Source: Lama glama
Taxonomy: Eukaryota
Assembly: GCA_028534125.1 (NCBI GenBank)
Contig: CM052817.1
Coordinates: 15,130,001 to 15,194,000 of the forward strand
Direction of reading: 5' to 3'
Length of the DNA: 64,000 nucleotides
The notes beneath the pieces are model-generated. The model saw only the letters and a program-made list of their open reading frames with translations. It ran no database searches and was not told the DNA's origin. This document shows, piece by piece, positions 36,640 through 49,974 of the stretch. How positions within the stretch are numbered: position 1 is the stretch's first letter; each line of letters opens with the position of its first letter. The translations under genes were made by a program, and so were the position numbers.

Positions 36640-37060
36640 TAATCTCATTGGAATCCTGGATCCAGAACCCTTTAATTGTCCCTGGTTTGTGGCCACCAAC
36701 TTATTTAATTGACATCAAGGTGTATTTATTTGTCATTGACTCTTTACATGGTTGTGTGATGCAGAAAGCAATTGGAACAGGCACAATGCCTGTTATAAAC
36801 AGGACACCTTGCTATTGTGCTTAAACCATAGTGGGCATGAAAAAAATGCTTATTGATTGATTTGTGGCAATATAAAGGAAACATTCAATCCCATTATACT
36901 GCTGCAGGGAAAAAACAGATTAAATGGGAATCAGTTTGGGAATGCTATTGGCAAATTCATTGCTTACGTTCTGTTTTAGTCATAGTGGAAGTGTTACAAT
37001 ATGCTGTTTTACAGATGATTTTGCCTAACTCCATTAAGAAAATTAATTCAGTAGTTTAGG
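36640..37060. promoter_or_regulatory. Candidate conserved developmental enhancer
   Basis: Repeat-free; TAATTGACA (~36706), TGTCA (36731), TGATTGAT (36854-36861), several TAAT sites. Confidence 0.4.
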
Positions 37061-37187
37061 CAAGACAGCTGGAATCATAGGAAAAGGTTGACTAGGAAAG
37101 GAGGCCATATTTGTTGAAGCACAGGTTGTTCAAAGAGTGAAAAAATGTAGAAGTGAAGAATAAGTAAAATTATAACTTACATTATAA

Positions 37188-37545
37188 TCATTCATTTCTC
37201 CATTCCTTTATTCACTCAACAGATGTTCATTGAGGCCCTACCATGTGCCAAACACTGGTAGGCACTACAAATAAAATTGTGAGCAAAATATCATCTCTTC
37301 TCTGTGGAACTTACAGTTTAATGGAGGATACAAATATTAAGATTATAAAAACTCATAAGGGTATAATAATAAGCAGTAATAATATCTCTGAAAGAAAAGT
37401 ACAGGATGATATGAAAGCTTAAACAGAAAGGCAGAATCTATACTGAGGTGTATGTGAGCAAAAGAAATCTAAAAGCTGAGTATGAACTGACTGGACAGGA
37501 GACAACCAACAGAGTGGGGTTTTAAGCAGAGTTAGCATTCCAAAC
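37188..37545 (-). mobile_element. L2 3' region
   Basis: 'ttcactcaacagatgttcattgaggccctaccatgtgccaaacactg...ggaacttacagtttaatggagg'. Confidence 0.85.
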
Positions 37546-37554
37546 AGTGCTTAA

Positions 37555-37755
37555 CAACTGTTAATGTTTGGTGTTCACTTAGGGTATTTGAGGTACACCT
37601 CTAAGTACTCTACCATGAGCCATGTTCTAACATTACCTCCACATATGAAGAAATGGAATGCAAAGAAGTTAAGTGCAAGGTGAGAGAGAGGTGAGGCCAA
37701 GATTTAAAGCCAGGCAGTCTGAAACCAGAGCACATATACCTAATCATAACTCTAA
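37555..37755 (-). mobile_element. MIR SINE
   Basis: 'atgaagaaatggaatgcaaagaagttaagtg...gatttaaagccaggcagtctgaaaccagagc'. Confidence 0.75.
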
Positions 37756-39059
37756 TTCTCTCATGTGTGTGGAGGGGAAGACAACTGTAGATCTAGCTTT
37801 TTGTTCTAAAATCCAGTGATTTTATAGATATGAGACCTGGGCCCAAACAACAATGTTCCAATATTTGTTATCTGCTATGTAGACATAAAGTAAGCCAAGT
37901 CTATTTCTGCCAGTGGACAATGTAAATAATAAAGATCTCATGCAACTGTAGAAAGATGTGAGGGGCTGTCACTTGTAGGCTGTGCAAAGTGTTGATTGCC
38001 CATCATTATTTCCAGATGTCTTAAGTCTTTCTCTCTTTCTGTCCTTCCTCAGTAACTGATATAAATACAATACTATATTTTAGCAATGATCTTGTATATG
38101 TAGAATATGCAATCTGAAACACATCCCTATCGTATTTTTTGTGACTGGGTAAAGTTTTTGAAGTCATCAAAAGCCAGAAAACACTAATAATTTTTTTGAT
38201 TCCCTAAGAGCTGGGGCTGGAGCTGGAGTGATAGACTGGGACTGTTGTCATTTAAACTCGGGCTCATGCATGCTCAGGACAAATATGTGATCTGGGTTGA
38301 GAGGCGGGAAATCCCAGTTTGATATTGATTATGTTCATACCATGTGGGTGAATGAGGTCACAAGATGGAAATACTCTCTTTGGTTGTAAAAAAAAAAAGT
38401 TACCAATAATTAGTTTTAAAAGTTCAATAGAAATAAGGTATCTAAATGTGATACTTTGTACTGTGTTTATTACCTGTGACATACCAACTGAAATTTTGGC
38501 ATACAAAACAAAACAAAAACAGAAATTAGGTTTACCTAGGCACTTAGACGTGGAATAATATGTACCTGGATTGCATTCAGAAGAGTTAATTTGGAGAACT
38601 CAAGCCCTCCCATCCTTTCCCTGTTCCCATAGTTGACGTTTTAGGCCATTATGTCCTAAGTGTTTGGATGTTTGCTTGTACTCCCCCACTCATTTGGCCT
38701 AAGAATAGACATATCCTAATATTGCTATGGGTCTCTTTTGGATAAGCTAATAGTTTAATTGTATTTTAAATTGATTTTTAGTGCCCAGAGGTTCCCTAAG
38801 TGAATTTTCAAAATCTAGAAAATGAATACAGGTCTGCATTATAGCAGTGAAGGGTTCCCCCTTTATTACACTGATGTGTTAGAGTGCTGTTAAGAAGTCT
38901 AATTGCTTAATGTTTCTAACATGCCTTAAGAACATTAACTATAGGATTCAGACTGAAAACAAAATATATAGTGACATATTTTTAAACACATTATCTACTT
39001 TTGAATATATGGCACAAATATATAATTTGATATGCTTTTATATATAAAATATTGAGAGA

Positions 39060-39305
39060 ATAATTAAAATTGCCATCTGGCAAACTACTGATAGCTTGCT
39101 TTACATTTTGTACCATATAAAACTTTCTCTACATTATCAAAAACTCTAAACTCAGTTTGAGCTTCACAGTACCCCTATGAAAAAAGCAAGATTAGTAATA
39201 CTAATTTGTTGACTAGTGAGGAATTTACGTTCAGGAGAGGAGAATACGTTTTGCAAAGGATGCAGCTACAAAGTTGGGGGTCTTAGTGCTCTTTCTACTC
39301 TACTG
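39060..39305 (-). mobile_element. MIR-family SINE
   Basis: 'tttgagcttcacagtacccctatga...gtgaggaattt...agtgctctttctactctact'. Confidence 0.6.
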
Positions 39306-39504
39306 CCAAACAAGCAAGTTACATATATTTTGGAAAATTTTGTATTGGATCAATTCTTTCCAAACATCAATTTGACTACCATCAAGAATAATCTAGAAAT
39401 AATCCATCAAATATCTAGCTGAAGCTCCATGTCAGAGAGGACTATGCCTTTTGGATAACAAATAAGCCACTACCAAACTAACTGTTTATGGAACTTTGGT
39501 GGAG

Positions 39505-39950
39505 CTTTGTTTTATTGGTTGTAAGTGATAGAAATCCAATCAAACTGACTTAAGCAGAAAGAGAATTGGTTGATTCCCATACCTGCTAATTCCAAAGATA
39601 GCGCTGTCTTCAGTCTTGGTTGAATCCATGGGTTCAAAGGGTGCTATTAAGATTCTCTGATCCCCTTCACTTGGTTCAGGCTTCCTCTGTATTTGGCTTT
39701 ATTCTCAGGATGATTGTGTTTGTATGGCAGCCAACATAACTACTGGGAGATCTAAAGCTTTCATTATATTTTCAGTTTGACATTCCAGAAGAAAGTAGCA
39801 CTTTTGGGGAAGACACTGGACAGCTGGATGATATGATTACTGGTGAACCAATCACTGTAGTCAGGGAGATAGAGTGCTTTAAAGGGGCAGGCTTGGGACA
39901 TGTGACAATACCAGGAGCAGGATTTTGTGAAGTCATCCCCATCAACCAAA
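39505..39950 (-). mobile_element. Old MaLR LTR (MLT1J-like)
   Basis: 'ttggttgtaagtgatagaaatccaatcaaactgacttaagcagaaa...tgaaccaatcactgtagtcagggagat'. Confidence 0.8.
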
Positions 39951-40089
39951 GCTGCTCTACTTTTATCTGTTTTATTTGTTGAAATCCTTTGGATTTTGTT
40001 TGAAGAAATGGTTCTATGGCTTCAAAAACTTGTCAATTACCACTTTAGAAGAATGTTGCTTAAAACTAAATAGTTAATTCTGGCTATTT

Positions 40090-40290
40090 GATATAATAGA
40101 AGATATTTAGGATATGAAACTGGGAGGCCTGGGTTTGATTTTTGGCTTTTCCACTTACTAATCATGTGCTTTTGTGCGGAAAAATTGAGTCTCAATTTCC
40201 TTGCCTGTCAAATGGCCTAAAAATAAAAAAAACTTGTTAGAATCCAATGGAACAATGCACATGAAAGTGTTCTGCAAAGTTGTATTGCTG
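40090..40290 (+). mobile_element. MIR SINE
   Basis: 'ggcctgggtttgatttttggcttttccacttacta...gagtctcaatttccttgcctgtcaaatgg'. Confidence 0.75.
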
Positions 40291-40329
40291 CTGTTTCAGT
40301 TGTTATTTATTTTATTAAAATCGAAGCCG

Positions 40330-40830
40330 TGTATCATTGCAAGTTCTGAAATAGATGGAAACAGATGACACAGTCAAAAGGAGTAACTGGAGATCATTTT
40401 AATAGTAGAATGTTTACAAAGATGTGGGCAAGGAGTCAGCAAGGCAGAAACACCCTGGGACTGTCAAGCATAGGAAACCACTACCTCCCCTGAGCCTGAA
40501 AGGGCAAAGAGGATGAAGAGCTGCTAGAACACAGTGAGAACTAGAGCTACATTAAGGGCTGCCAAGCAGAACCTGTGGCTTTAAGTAGAGAAACATAACC
40601 AATGGCAAACCACAGCTCAGCAAGCGATGAAAGGATAAAGACCCCAGCCTTGCTCTACTCTTTCACTCCAGTCTCCTCATGACACTTTTCATTGGCCAAA
40701 CCCAAGTGGGATCTAGAGGGCAAGGGACCCTGGTGATGCACTCCTTAGGGGTCAGACTCCTGGGTCACAGAACTAGGTTGGGGAGGGTGGTGAAAGGGGG
40801 TGAAGGAAGAAATGAAGAATATGTGGTACA
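40330..40830 (-). mobile_element. ERVL solo LTR (LTR33-like)
   Basis: 'ggaaacagatgacacagtcaaa...tttacaaagatgtgggca...cattggccaaaccca...agagggcaaggga'; TG...CA termini. Confidence 0.85.
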
Positions 40831-42574
40831 ACTCCTCTTTCACTTTAATTGGTTTATCTTATTTAAGAACATCGAATGCTTTAGCATTTCATTTAGTTTC
40901 TAGTTCATTAGAATTGAGTGATTATGAAAAATACTTAAATATGGGTTCAATGAGAAATGTTGCTTACTTTAAAGCTTGACTTATTTTATGATCTGTATAT
41001 GTGGTCTTAAAGAGTAGTCTAAACATTCTTCAGTGCCCTGTGAAATTCCATCTTCGGTGGTTAGGACCATCTCTCACTGTGCTTGTGAAACCAATGCAGG
41101 GTAAGCTGTGTAGTTTTCTATAGCAATATTTTCAGTTGCACTTTAAATTGAGTATTTCAAATAAGGATTTAATTTAGGTTTAATGAGGGAGTTATTATAT
41201 GTTAATTAAATATAAACTGATTATTATGAATATCTATTGGGGCATAACAATCTTTTTTATTAAGATGAATATCTCTTAAACAATCAAAGCTTAGTAAATA
41301 TGCTACTAATAATTAGTTTTAAAGTAATATTCAATTGAAAGAATACATCTAAAGGCACCACCTTGAGTATAATGTGGTTATTACCTATTAAATATCAATG
41401 GATTATTGAGAATATGGTTATTGAGTTTTGACTCATAGATCTTAATAAACTGCTAGTTGTGCCTAAATAAGTCTCCATAAGTCAGCTAGTATTTAATTAA
41501 CAGAAGTATTTATAGCATGGCATTTACATTAGCATATTTATAATCAAATAAATAATATAACTCTTTTATTAAATCTAAATTAAATCCTTGCCAGAGGCAT
41601 TTAAAAAGGAGTGAAACCACATTGGCTTTGTGGTCTTTAATATTTATTACATGATTTTTAAACTTTACTAATATATTAAACAACGTGATTCGTTATCTAG
41701 GGATATTATGAAATTGCACATACTCTATTTAAGGTGAAAAATATTTAGGTTAAACTGGATAAAATAATTCTCTAAACCTCTTATTTTGGTCCATTGTAAC
41801 TAGGCACAATTATGGGAAACAAACTATGTCATTATAGTTGGCTACATTTACTGTTGTTAAAGAAATTTAACCAATATGAGCAGTTGATAGGGCTGGTATT
41901 GTGGCATGTGAGGTGTCCACAAAAGCTTCTGTAAGCAAGAGTTTGGATGCCAAGTTGCACCCACAAGGAGAGAAGCCCTGAGCGGGTCCTGTACACAGTT
42001 AGTTGTATGTGCACAAAAATAACACTGCTTATCACTCCGCAGACAAATCGGCAGTTGTCTTGCACAGTTAAAAATGGAGCATAATTTCCTCTCAAGAGTG
42101 AGGAATAAATTCCAACTAATTTTATTTCAACATTGAAATGTCATAATTAAGTGTCTTTTTTTCACACAAAGAAGCTAAGGATGCAAAGAGAGTGTTGAGG
42201 TCAGCCTCATCTCTTCTGAGGAGTCTGGTTAGCTTTTCCCTCATCCCTGCTCCAGGTGGAGGGCTTGTTTTAGGAAAACTGGTCATTCCATTTTCTCCTG
42301 GGGAAAAAAAGATCTTTGACTCTGAAGACATTTATTTCAACACCAACACTAGGAAATAATTCTGTGAGGATGTTAAAAATATGATGTTGATTTGTGGATT
42401 TGTGTTTATGCTGGCCAAAGAAATCAAGGAATGGCTACTAATAGGTGGGCCCAAGGTATGGATGAAGGACTCTACAGTCTATTTGGTGCTGGTGGGACTC
42501 CTACCTGCTTATGCGTTGTCCTTAGGTTGTTGTGAAGTGAAGGAGACATGGATGATAATGGTGGTGATAATCAA

Positions 42575-42718
42575 GTAGAAGAAGAAGAGGAAGAGGGAGA
42601 AAGAGAAGGAGAAGGAGAAGAGGCAGGGGAAGAAGAGGAGGAAGAGAAGAGGAAGATGAAATAGGAGAAGGAAGAGGAGGAGGAGCAAAAAGGGGAGAAG
42701 ACGATGAAGAAGAAGGTG
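42575..42718. repeat. GA-rich (GAA/GAG) low-complexity tract
   Basis: Direct read; explains ORFs 42509-42736 and 42522-42812. Confidence 0.9.
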
Positions 42719-42837
42719 ACAGAGGTTTACGTTCATTACATTTATGGGGTGCCAGACAGACTTTCTGTCTGCTAGGCTGTGTTCTAATTGTCTTTGTGTG
42801 GATTGTGTTCATTTAATAACTTGTTCTCCTTTCACAG

Positions 42838-42900
42838 GATATTAAGGATGTCTCTCTCTTTCTCTCAGTAATGTCTTCTTCCAAGATCAATGACCATCAG
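42838..42900 (+). other. Candidate 63-nt internal exon (unverified)
   Basis: Acceptor ttgttctcctttcacag|G, donor CAG|gtaatc; phase-0 frame open (DIKDVSLFLSVMSSSKINDHQ). Confidence 0.25.
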
Positions 42901-45900
42901 GTAATCCTCTGAAAATCATCATGCCTTTGCCAATTTTGTGTCCAAGTCATTTTACAAGGACAAGGTGCAGAAAGAGGCAGGAGGATGGATTAGGAAAAGC
43001 CATGGTCTGGAAATCTGCTGTCTTGATTTCTACTCTCACTTTTGCAGCTAACTAGCTATATAACTCACCAGATTCTTTATATATGAAATAAGGGGTTTGG
43101 ATCTCAGATCTCAAAATCTCTTCTAGTGCTAGACTTGTGTCCATCCTTGTGGACACTAGACATTAGGTTGATCACACTTATTGCTAGAATTTGGAACATA
43201 AAATACCTTTAGAAATGTTAGTCTAACCATATGTTATTGTTCAACAGAAGCTAGCCTTTTATTTTTTTTTCTGTAACATTAAAACTTTATATGTGTCCTG
43301 AAGGGATAAATGAAGATTAGCGTGGAATCTGTGCACTTAATGTCTCAGAGGAGTTCAATTACTTTCCATTCCATGTACAACAAAGGGAAAACTATTAGGA
43401 TATGGAAAGCTCAGCATTTTGAAGGAGGCTGAAATGTAGCAATCATGCTATTCTACTTTTATGTATCATATTTCTCTCCAAGATCTATTGATAGAATCTT
43501 TCAAAATTTAGCTCCTGCAGAAATAGGAATGTTGATTCTTTGGTTCAGCATTATAGATATGAAGTTTTCCGCTTAACTTTGTCTCTGCTAATGATGTGCT
43601 GAAACGGGGTTCTTTAAGAAGGTAGGTGACTAAGAGCGCTTTCCTAGATAGTTAAACCACTTGGATCAAATTCCCAGTGTCAGGATTAGCTTCTTTATGT
43701 ACAGAGGCAAGAAAACTATGTGAACAGAAAGCTATGAGATCCTCACTACCCAGAAACTGGGTGTTTCAGTTCCAGACTACATGGCTAAGGAGATGAGGGA
43801 GGAAGGAGAAAGCTTAGATAGAGTCTTACTGGGAGACAGAGACAGCAGGTTGGAATCAGTTTCTACCTTGAAATTTGGCTTTTGCATTTTTATTTCTTTT
43901 CATATCTCTGTTAGATAACTTCTTTAAGCGTCTCCTTCAGTATCACTGTACTCTGAATTATAGTTTCAACTAGTGGTGGATGAACACCACTATCAGTTTA
44001 GATATCTTATTCAGAAATCAGATTAAGGGTTTACACATGCATTAATTACACTAGCATTTCTCTTTGGCTGCTTCTCTTTGCGCTTATATCTCAATTTATA
44101 TCATGGTACTTTCTCAAAGTATAAGATGAGCTTTGCCAGAGATATAGGAAATCCAAGCTATAATTTAGTTTTTAAACCATGTATGCTAATATAATGTTTG
44201 TACAGCTACCATTTCAGTTACAAAAAGTGTTTAAAATTAACCTGCTGTTTAAAAAAAAAATTGCTCAGCTTGGGCCTGTTTGCAGCTTTCATGATTGAAA
44301 TGCATGTGCGATTTTGCATATGTTATTCCGTAGTGTATTTGTTTTTGTGGATTGCATGGAATCTACTGGAATTATCTTGGAAGTTGAACATAAAAAATAG
44401 ACATAAAAATTATCCTCTCATCTAATTCCCAAAGAAAATAGGACACTGCATTTTCTTAGAGGTCAGTCAACAACTACGTACTCATTTTAAGTGCAAAGCT
44501 TCACTTGATCTCAACAACTTATATTGCCTGTATCTCAAATACGTGATATTAAATGACTTGATCAAACAGCTTGTCTGGTAAAAAGCAGATAAACCTCTCT
44601 CTAAGTGGTGAAGATGAACCTACTTTGAAAACACATTTAGAAATCAACCCACAAGATCAAGGTTATTCCAATGTAGCTTGAGTACAGGAAACAGATAAAG
44701 AGAGTCTTGAGGAAGAGAGACAAGAAAGCTCTTGGAGTGATTGAGGAGAAAATTAAAACACCCAAAGTAAAGCACAATCTTGTGTTACATGACTTTTGCC
44801 TTTGTTGCAAAGGCCTTTCCTTAAAACTATTGCATCCAGATTTCCTAATTTTTTCCTAACACACTCTTTCCAGGATGCATGTTCTACCCATCGCCTTTGT
44901 GTTTCTCCGAGGCTGTCAATTATTCTGCATGTTCCTTTCTTATCTGGAGTGAGAACACACTTTGATTAACCTCTCTTAACCCATTCAGAGTTCGTCTCTT
45001 CTGTTTGTCTTACTGTGACTTAATTCTTCTTGCCTATGTCCACTTGGATGATGGATACTTTCTTCCATTTGCTGTAAGCCAGCCCTCTCATTTTACATCT
45101 GGGAATCATTCACATGCAAGGTTGAGAAGAGATTTATAAGATCTTAATGCAGTAATTCAAAAGGTGTACTGCTGTCAGATACTTGATTTTCATGGGAATA
45201 ACAAACAAGTTCGCCTTGTTATAAAAGAAAACAAGATAAATGTAGGTTTAATCTTGACTTTAAACTCTTTGTTTTGTTGTCACCTTCACAGTTATGTTAA
45301 GGTTAGTTCAATGGTCCCTGGGGTTTAGAGAGAGCATTCGGGGGTCTTATATTTACATCAATATTTGAATTTAATTATACAATTTTCCAAATGCATAGGA
45401 TTTGTTTGTTCTGCGAAGATAAATGGGGTCAGCCCCAGTTTCAATTCTTCTGAGTAATTCCTTCCTAATACATTTCAGCTGAATCCACTGTACTGGAATC
45501 TGTGGACTGAAGCAGGTGGAATATAAAGTTCAATATTCCTTACATAGTGGGCCTTAAAATTTAGCCACTTATCCAAACTGAGTCAGGTTCATCCAAGGGT
45601 CAGGTGACCCCTACAATGATGTTATTACATCCTCTTTCTTCATTCTGTAGCTCTGAAGGTGGTCATTTAAGTATTCCTCATTTTCTCTATATTCATTGCC
45701 AAACTTAGCCTAAATCACCATCACTTGAACTATGGTAGCATTTTTTTCACTTCTATATTGTTTTACCAATTATTCAGATGTTAGCTTTGAAGTCGCCAGG
45801 ACCTGGGTCTGTTTTTTGTTCCCACTGTATCCTCGATGCCAAGAACAATGAATGAGCTATGTTAGGCATAACATACACACTGGATGAATTCAACATGTAT

Positions 45901-46119
45901 TTGCTGAATTTCTCTTAAAAAAAAAACCCTTATTAAAAATATTGTATACAGTCTTCTAAACAAACCTATCTTCTCCCAGTTTAGACTTCTAACCTCTGTC
46001 ATTTCATTTTCTCTAAACTTTCACTTCCTTAAATGCTGAAGCTAAGTAATACATCTGAATGAAACTCTTTGCTCTTTATTTTCTGCAACACTCTTTTTTG
46101 TCCTCTCCCCATTTTCTAT

Positions 46120-46335
46120 TTGTCATTTTTCACCTATCATTCAGTTTTTAACTTAGAGCTAACTTTCCTCATCTCATTACTGAGGTAGATATTTCTTCAA
46201 TGTTTACCCACCGGAATCCAATTCTTCTGCTTTGTATGTTTCTCTCTCACTTCAGTGTATGTTTCCAGAGGACAGAGACCTTATCTCGCTCACTGCTATA
46301 TTCCCAGGCCCTAGTAGATGCTCAGTAAATACCCA
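46120..46335 (+). mobile_element. L2 3' end
   Basis: 'ccagaggacagagacctt...cactgctatattcccaggccctagtagatgctcagtaaata'. Confidence 0.75.
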
Positions 46336-46749
46336 TGGAAAGCTGAGCAGATGTCCTCAGATTCTCCTCATGCCATCCATCATGTTGGCCCAGTGCATTG
46401 AGCCAAGATTTTGCCTTAATCCCTGCTTCTAGGTTATGGGCTGTACTACCTTATATTTGCTAGTCTTCCTTCTGGGGTCAAAAGCTTCGTTCTACTCCCA
46501 GCAGAAGGATTGGGCTTCCATTCCCTAAGGATAGAGCTTTAACATAAGGAAAACATGTCTGCTTGACCTCTGTGCTCTATCCACTTAATCAGAAATCCCC
46601 ATGGCTAACTCTTTCTGGATTGTGTCTGAGGCAAATATAATGCCTAGTCTTCTGAAACAGATCTTGTGGCTGTAACTCAATAATCATGGTTCTTCCTCAA
46701 GCCTCAGGTAACAATACACAGAGTGGAAAGGAATTTCTTGGAGAACTCA

Positions 46750-46927
46750 TTAGTTCTCCACCATGGCTGTGCATTTGAATCAGCTGGGAAATGTTTGAAA
46801 TGCACAAATTCTGGCTCAAACACAGATGTAATGAATTAAAACTTTTCTTGGGTAGGGCTCAGGAACTTAAAGTTTTAAAAATATCCCCTGGTGATTTTGA
46901 TACACAGCCAGGGTTGGAAATCACTGA
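46750..46927. mobile_element. MER5-like hAT-Charlie DNA transposon
   Basis: 'tggctgtgcatttgaatcagctggga...ggtgattttgatacacagccagggttggaaatcactg'. Confidence 0.8.
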
Positions 46928-47186
46928 TCCTTATTTTTATTTTCTACCTGAAGGACCACTCCTATAAATCCTGCACTAGAAAACTATAATTACATTTCCC
47001 CATAGTTTAAGAAAAAATAGGGTCTAATTTTTCAAGAGAAAGAGAGATAAAAAGTATATGTGAGATAAAATTCAATCAAGATACCCTAGGAAATGAACCA
47101 AAACTCAAACAGTCAAGGGACAAGGATACTCTCCATTTTTTTCTAAGGATAAAAACCAGAGTTTCCAGTGGCTTCTGCGTTCCACC

Positions 47187-47540
47187 TCATTTGTTCATTC
47201 ATTCACTAACAATTATTTATCGAGTGCCTATCTTGGACCAGACACTATTGTAGGTTTTAGAAGCTAAAGAATGAGCAAAAACTGACAAAATTCCTACTTT
47301 CACAGAGCTTATAAGTGGAGGTTAGGGACCAAGAAATGAATAAACACAGAAACAATGACTTTTTCTTGAAATATTAAGTTCCTAGAAAAAGAATAAAGCA
47401 AAGTGAGGGGGTGAGGTGAGGCTATTTTATCTTGGGTGATTAGGGAAGAAAGACTCTTTAAAAAGGTGGCATTGAGTAGAGAGGCCTCAATGAGGTGAAG
47501 ATGAGAGACAGGTAGGAGACAGCCGAGAAGGTGTGGTGGA
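47187..47540 (-). mobile_element. L2a-like 3' region
   Basis: 'catttgttcattcattcactaacaattatttatcgagtgcct...ccagacactattgtagg'. Confidence 0.85.
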
Positions 47541-47589
47541 GAAGACTAATCTCAAAGGAATCTTGGCGGCAGCAGTGTGCATGGTACTT

Positions 47590-48042
47590 TCACGGAACAG
47601 CAACATTAGGTAAGTCATTTATCCTTCTGAGCTCCCATTTTTCTCATTTGTCCAATGAGAATGATAATTTTGTTTTGCCAATCTTTAGGTGGAATGCCGT
47701 GTGTATTGAATTAAGCAATGTACATTAAAAAAAAACTTTGTCGAATCAGATGCATCATACAAAGGGAATCTATCATGTGTTCATAAACTGAAGCTGATCA
47801 ATGTTGCCTTCATCCAGAATAAGAAAGCACAATTTTAGATACACTAGAGCAGAAAGGAACCTCGGGAAATCTTTTTACTTTCTCTAGGCTTTTAAGTTAG
47901 AGTGATATTATTGACCCATTTTTCAGATCACACAATTTCATCACGGAAAGGTTAAGTGACTTGATCAAGGTGACTGCTAGTTGGGACCGAATGGAGTCTG
48001 ATAACTCAGTTTTCTGCTTTCTAAGGCAGTGCTCTTTCTACG
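47590..48042. mobile_element. Two MIR-family SINEs (+ then -)
   Basis: 'ggtaagtcatttatccttctgagctcccattttctcatttgt' and 'cccatttttcagat...aggttaagtgacttgatcaagg'. Confidence 0.75.
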
Positions 48043-49037
48043 AGGTTCTTTTTTGATATTTTATTCAGTCATTTTGTCTAAGTACTTTCTAATATGTTTA
48101 AACATCAAACTCTGGTGAAGAAAATGAAATCCAGTCTTTCAACAGGCACTGTCCAGACTTAAAAGGGGAGATGGAGAGCCTTCTGGTACCATTGTTAAAG
48201 TCATAAATATCTCTCTTGCCGAATTAGCACTGGGGCTGCAATCCTTGACTTCAGAAAATGGCTTCTGCAGCCGGGCCTTCCATCAATGCGAAGTGACATA
48301 TATCATCCCCCAATATGGATTGGCCAACATAAAAAAGCTCCTTTGTGCGCAAATATTGAGACGTTTTACTGAGAAATGGAACTTGAGAAATTGCCCAATG
48401 TCATCCTTCTTCCAGCCCCTGCTACCACCACCTTCCCCCCTCCTGCGGGGGAAATAGTTATACATGACTTAGTCTGAGAAAGCTGTGGTTTCGGAAAACT
48501 CCATTGGTCTGAAACTAGGTGAGCTGTCTGCATGATTTTGGGGGGATTGAAGTTGGCATTGAAATCCCTGCAGGGAAAGGTCCTAGAGAGCAGGTATCAC
48601 ATTGGTTTATCCTGCATAGAGCTTCGTTGAGCAAATCTCATAGAAAGGGTAGCATAATAATGTAATCTCTTTGTGCAAGAACTGGTCAATTTGGAGAGCT
48701 GTCTTAACTCATGCTGGCCACTTTGGGACCTCTGAGTAAATTATTGCCTCACTGGGAGAAGCTGGCTCATTAGGCTGCCACATATATAGCAGTGATAGCT
48801 TTATATTTCCATTCCCGGGAATGTTTGATAGATATTAATGGACTCTATTAGAGACTGGAAGCAGGAAGGATGTCTATTAGAAAGATAGCCCTTGATTTCA
48901 TTTCTACTGGCTGTGCTTTTGATCCCTCGGCTGTGCAAGAGGAGCAAACACATTCACTGAATACCTACTGTGTGCTGGTAATAGTTGCATAGTTTTCTCA
49001 TGGAATTTTACTGATAGTCTCTCTTTTATAAATTAGA

Positions 49038-49600
49038 GTATTAGGCTTTTCCAGAGAAACAGAACCAATAGCATATATAAATACATATATGTGCATGTGT
49101 GTGTGTGTGTATGTATAAAAATACATGTATAAATATTTATTATAAGGAATGGGCTTATGAAATTAGGGAGGCTGACAAATTTCAAAATCTATAGTAGGCA
49201 AGTTAGAGACCCAGGAGAACAGATGATGTACTTTCAGTTTGAGTCTGAAGGTCTGAGAACTAGGAGATCCAATGCTGTAAGCTTCAGTCTGAAAGCCACC
49301 AGGCTTGGGAACCAAGAAGAGTCCATGTTTTAGTCAGAGACCGAAGGTTAAAAAAGACCCATGCCTGGCTTAATAGTCAGGCTAAAGGCGATCCTTCTTA
49401 CTCAGCCTTTTCATTCTGTGCATGTCTTCCATTGATGAGACGGATCCCAGCCAATGTTAGGGGTGGAAACCTGCTTTACCTACCCATGCAAATGTTAATC
49501 TCCACCAGAAACACCCTTGAAGACACACCCAGAATAATTTGACCAAATATGTGGACACTCTGTGGCCCAGCCAAGATGACACATAAATTTAACCATCACA
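49038..49600 (-). mobile_element. ERVL solo LTR (MLT2-like) inserted in a MIR
   Basis: 'ttccagagaaacagaaccaatag...ccaagatgacacataaatttaaccatcaca'; MIR-like sequence resumes at 49601. Confidence 0.92.
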
Positions 49601-49974
49601 GGCCCAGAGGGAAAAGAAACTTGCTTAAAGACACATGGATGTATGTGAACATATTTCTGTGTCTCAAAGCTTGACTCTGTCTCTTGCACCTTACTACCCC
49701 TTACCACTTCCTAACTTGTCTCTCTATGTTGAACAGTAGATGTTTTAGTAGCATGATTTTTATTTTCTAAAGACTTCATGTATTACCCTTGCAACTTCAT
49801 TTGTCACTTTCCTCCAGTATTCAAATTCCAACTCATTTAAGCTCATATTATTGTTAATTATGTATTTATAATCAATTGTGTATATATGACTGTGACTTAT
49901 AAAATAAATTCTCCTAGAATTCCCTAGAGTGAATGGGTCATCCGTCCTCTTGGAACTATGACTGATATATCATG

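Noticed and set aside
42509..42812. Leu/Phe/Ser/Pro-rich ORFs resembling signal peptides
   Set aside because: Translations of a GA-rich low-complexity tract.
48310..48319. CArG-like box CCCAATATGG
   Set aside because: Does not fit CC(A/T)6GG.
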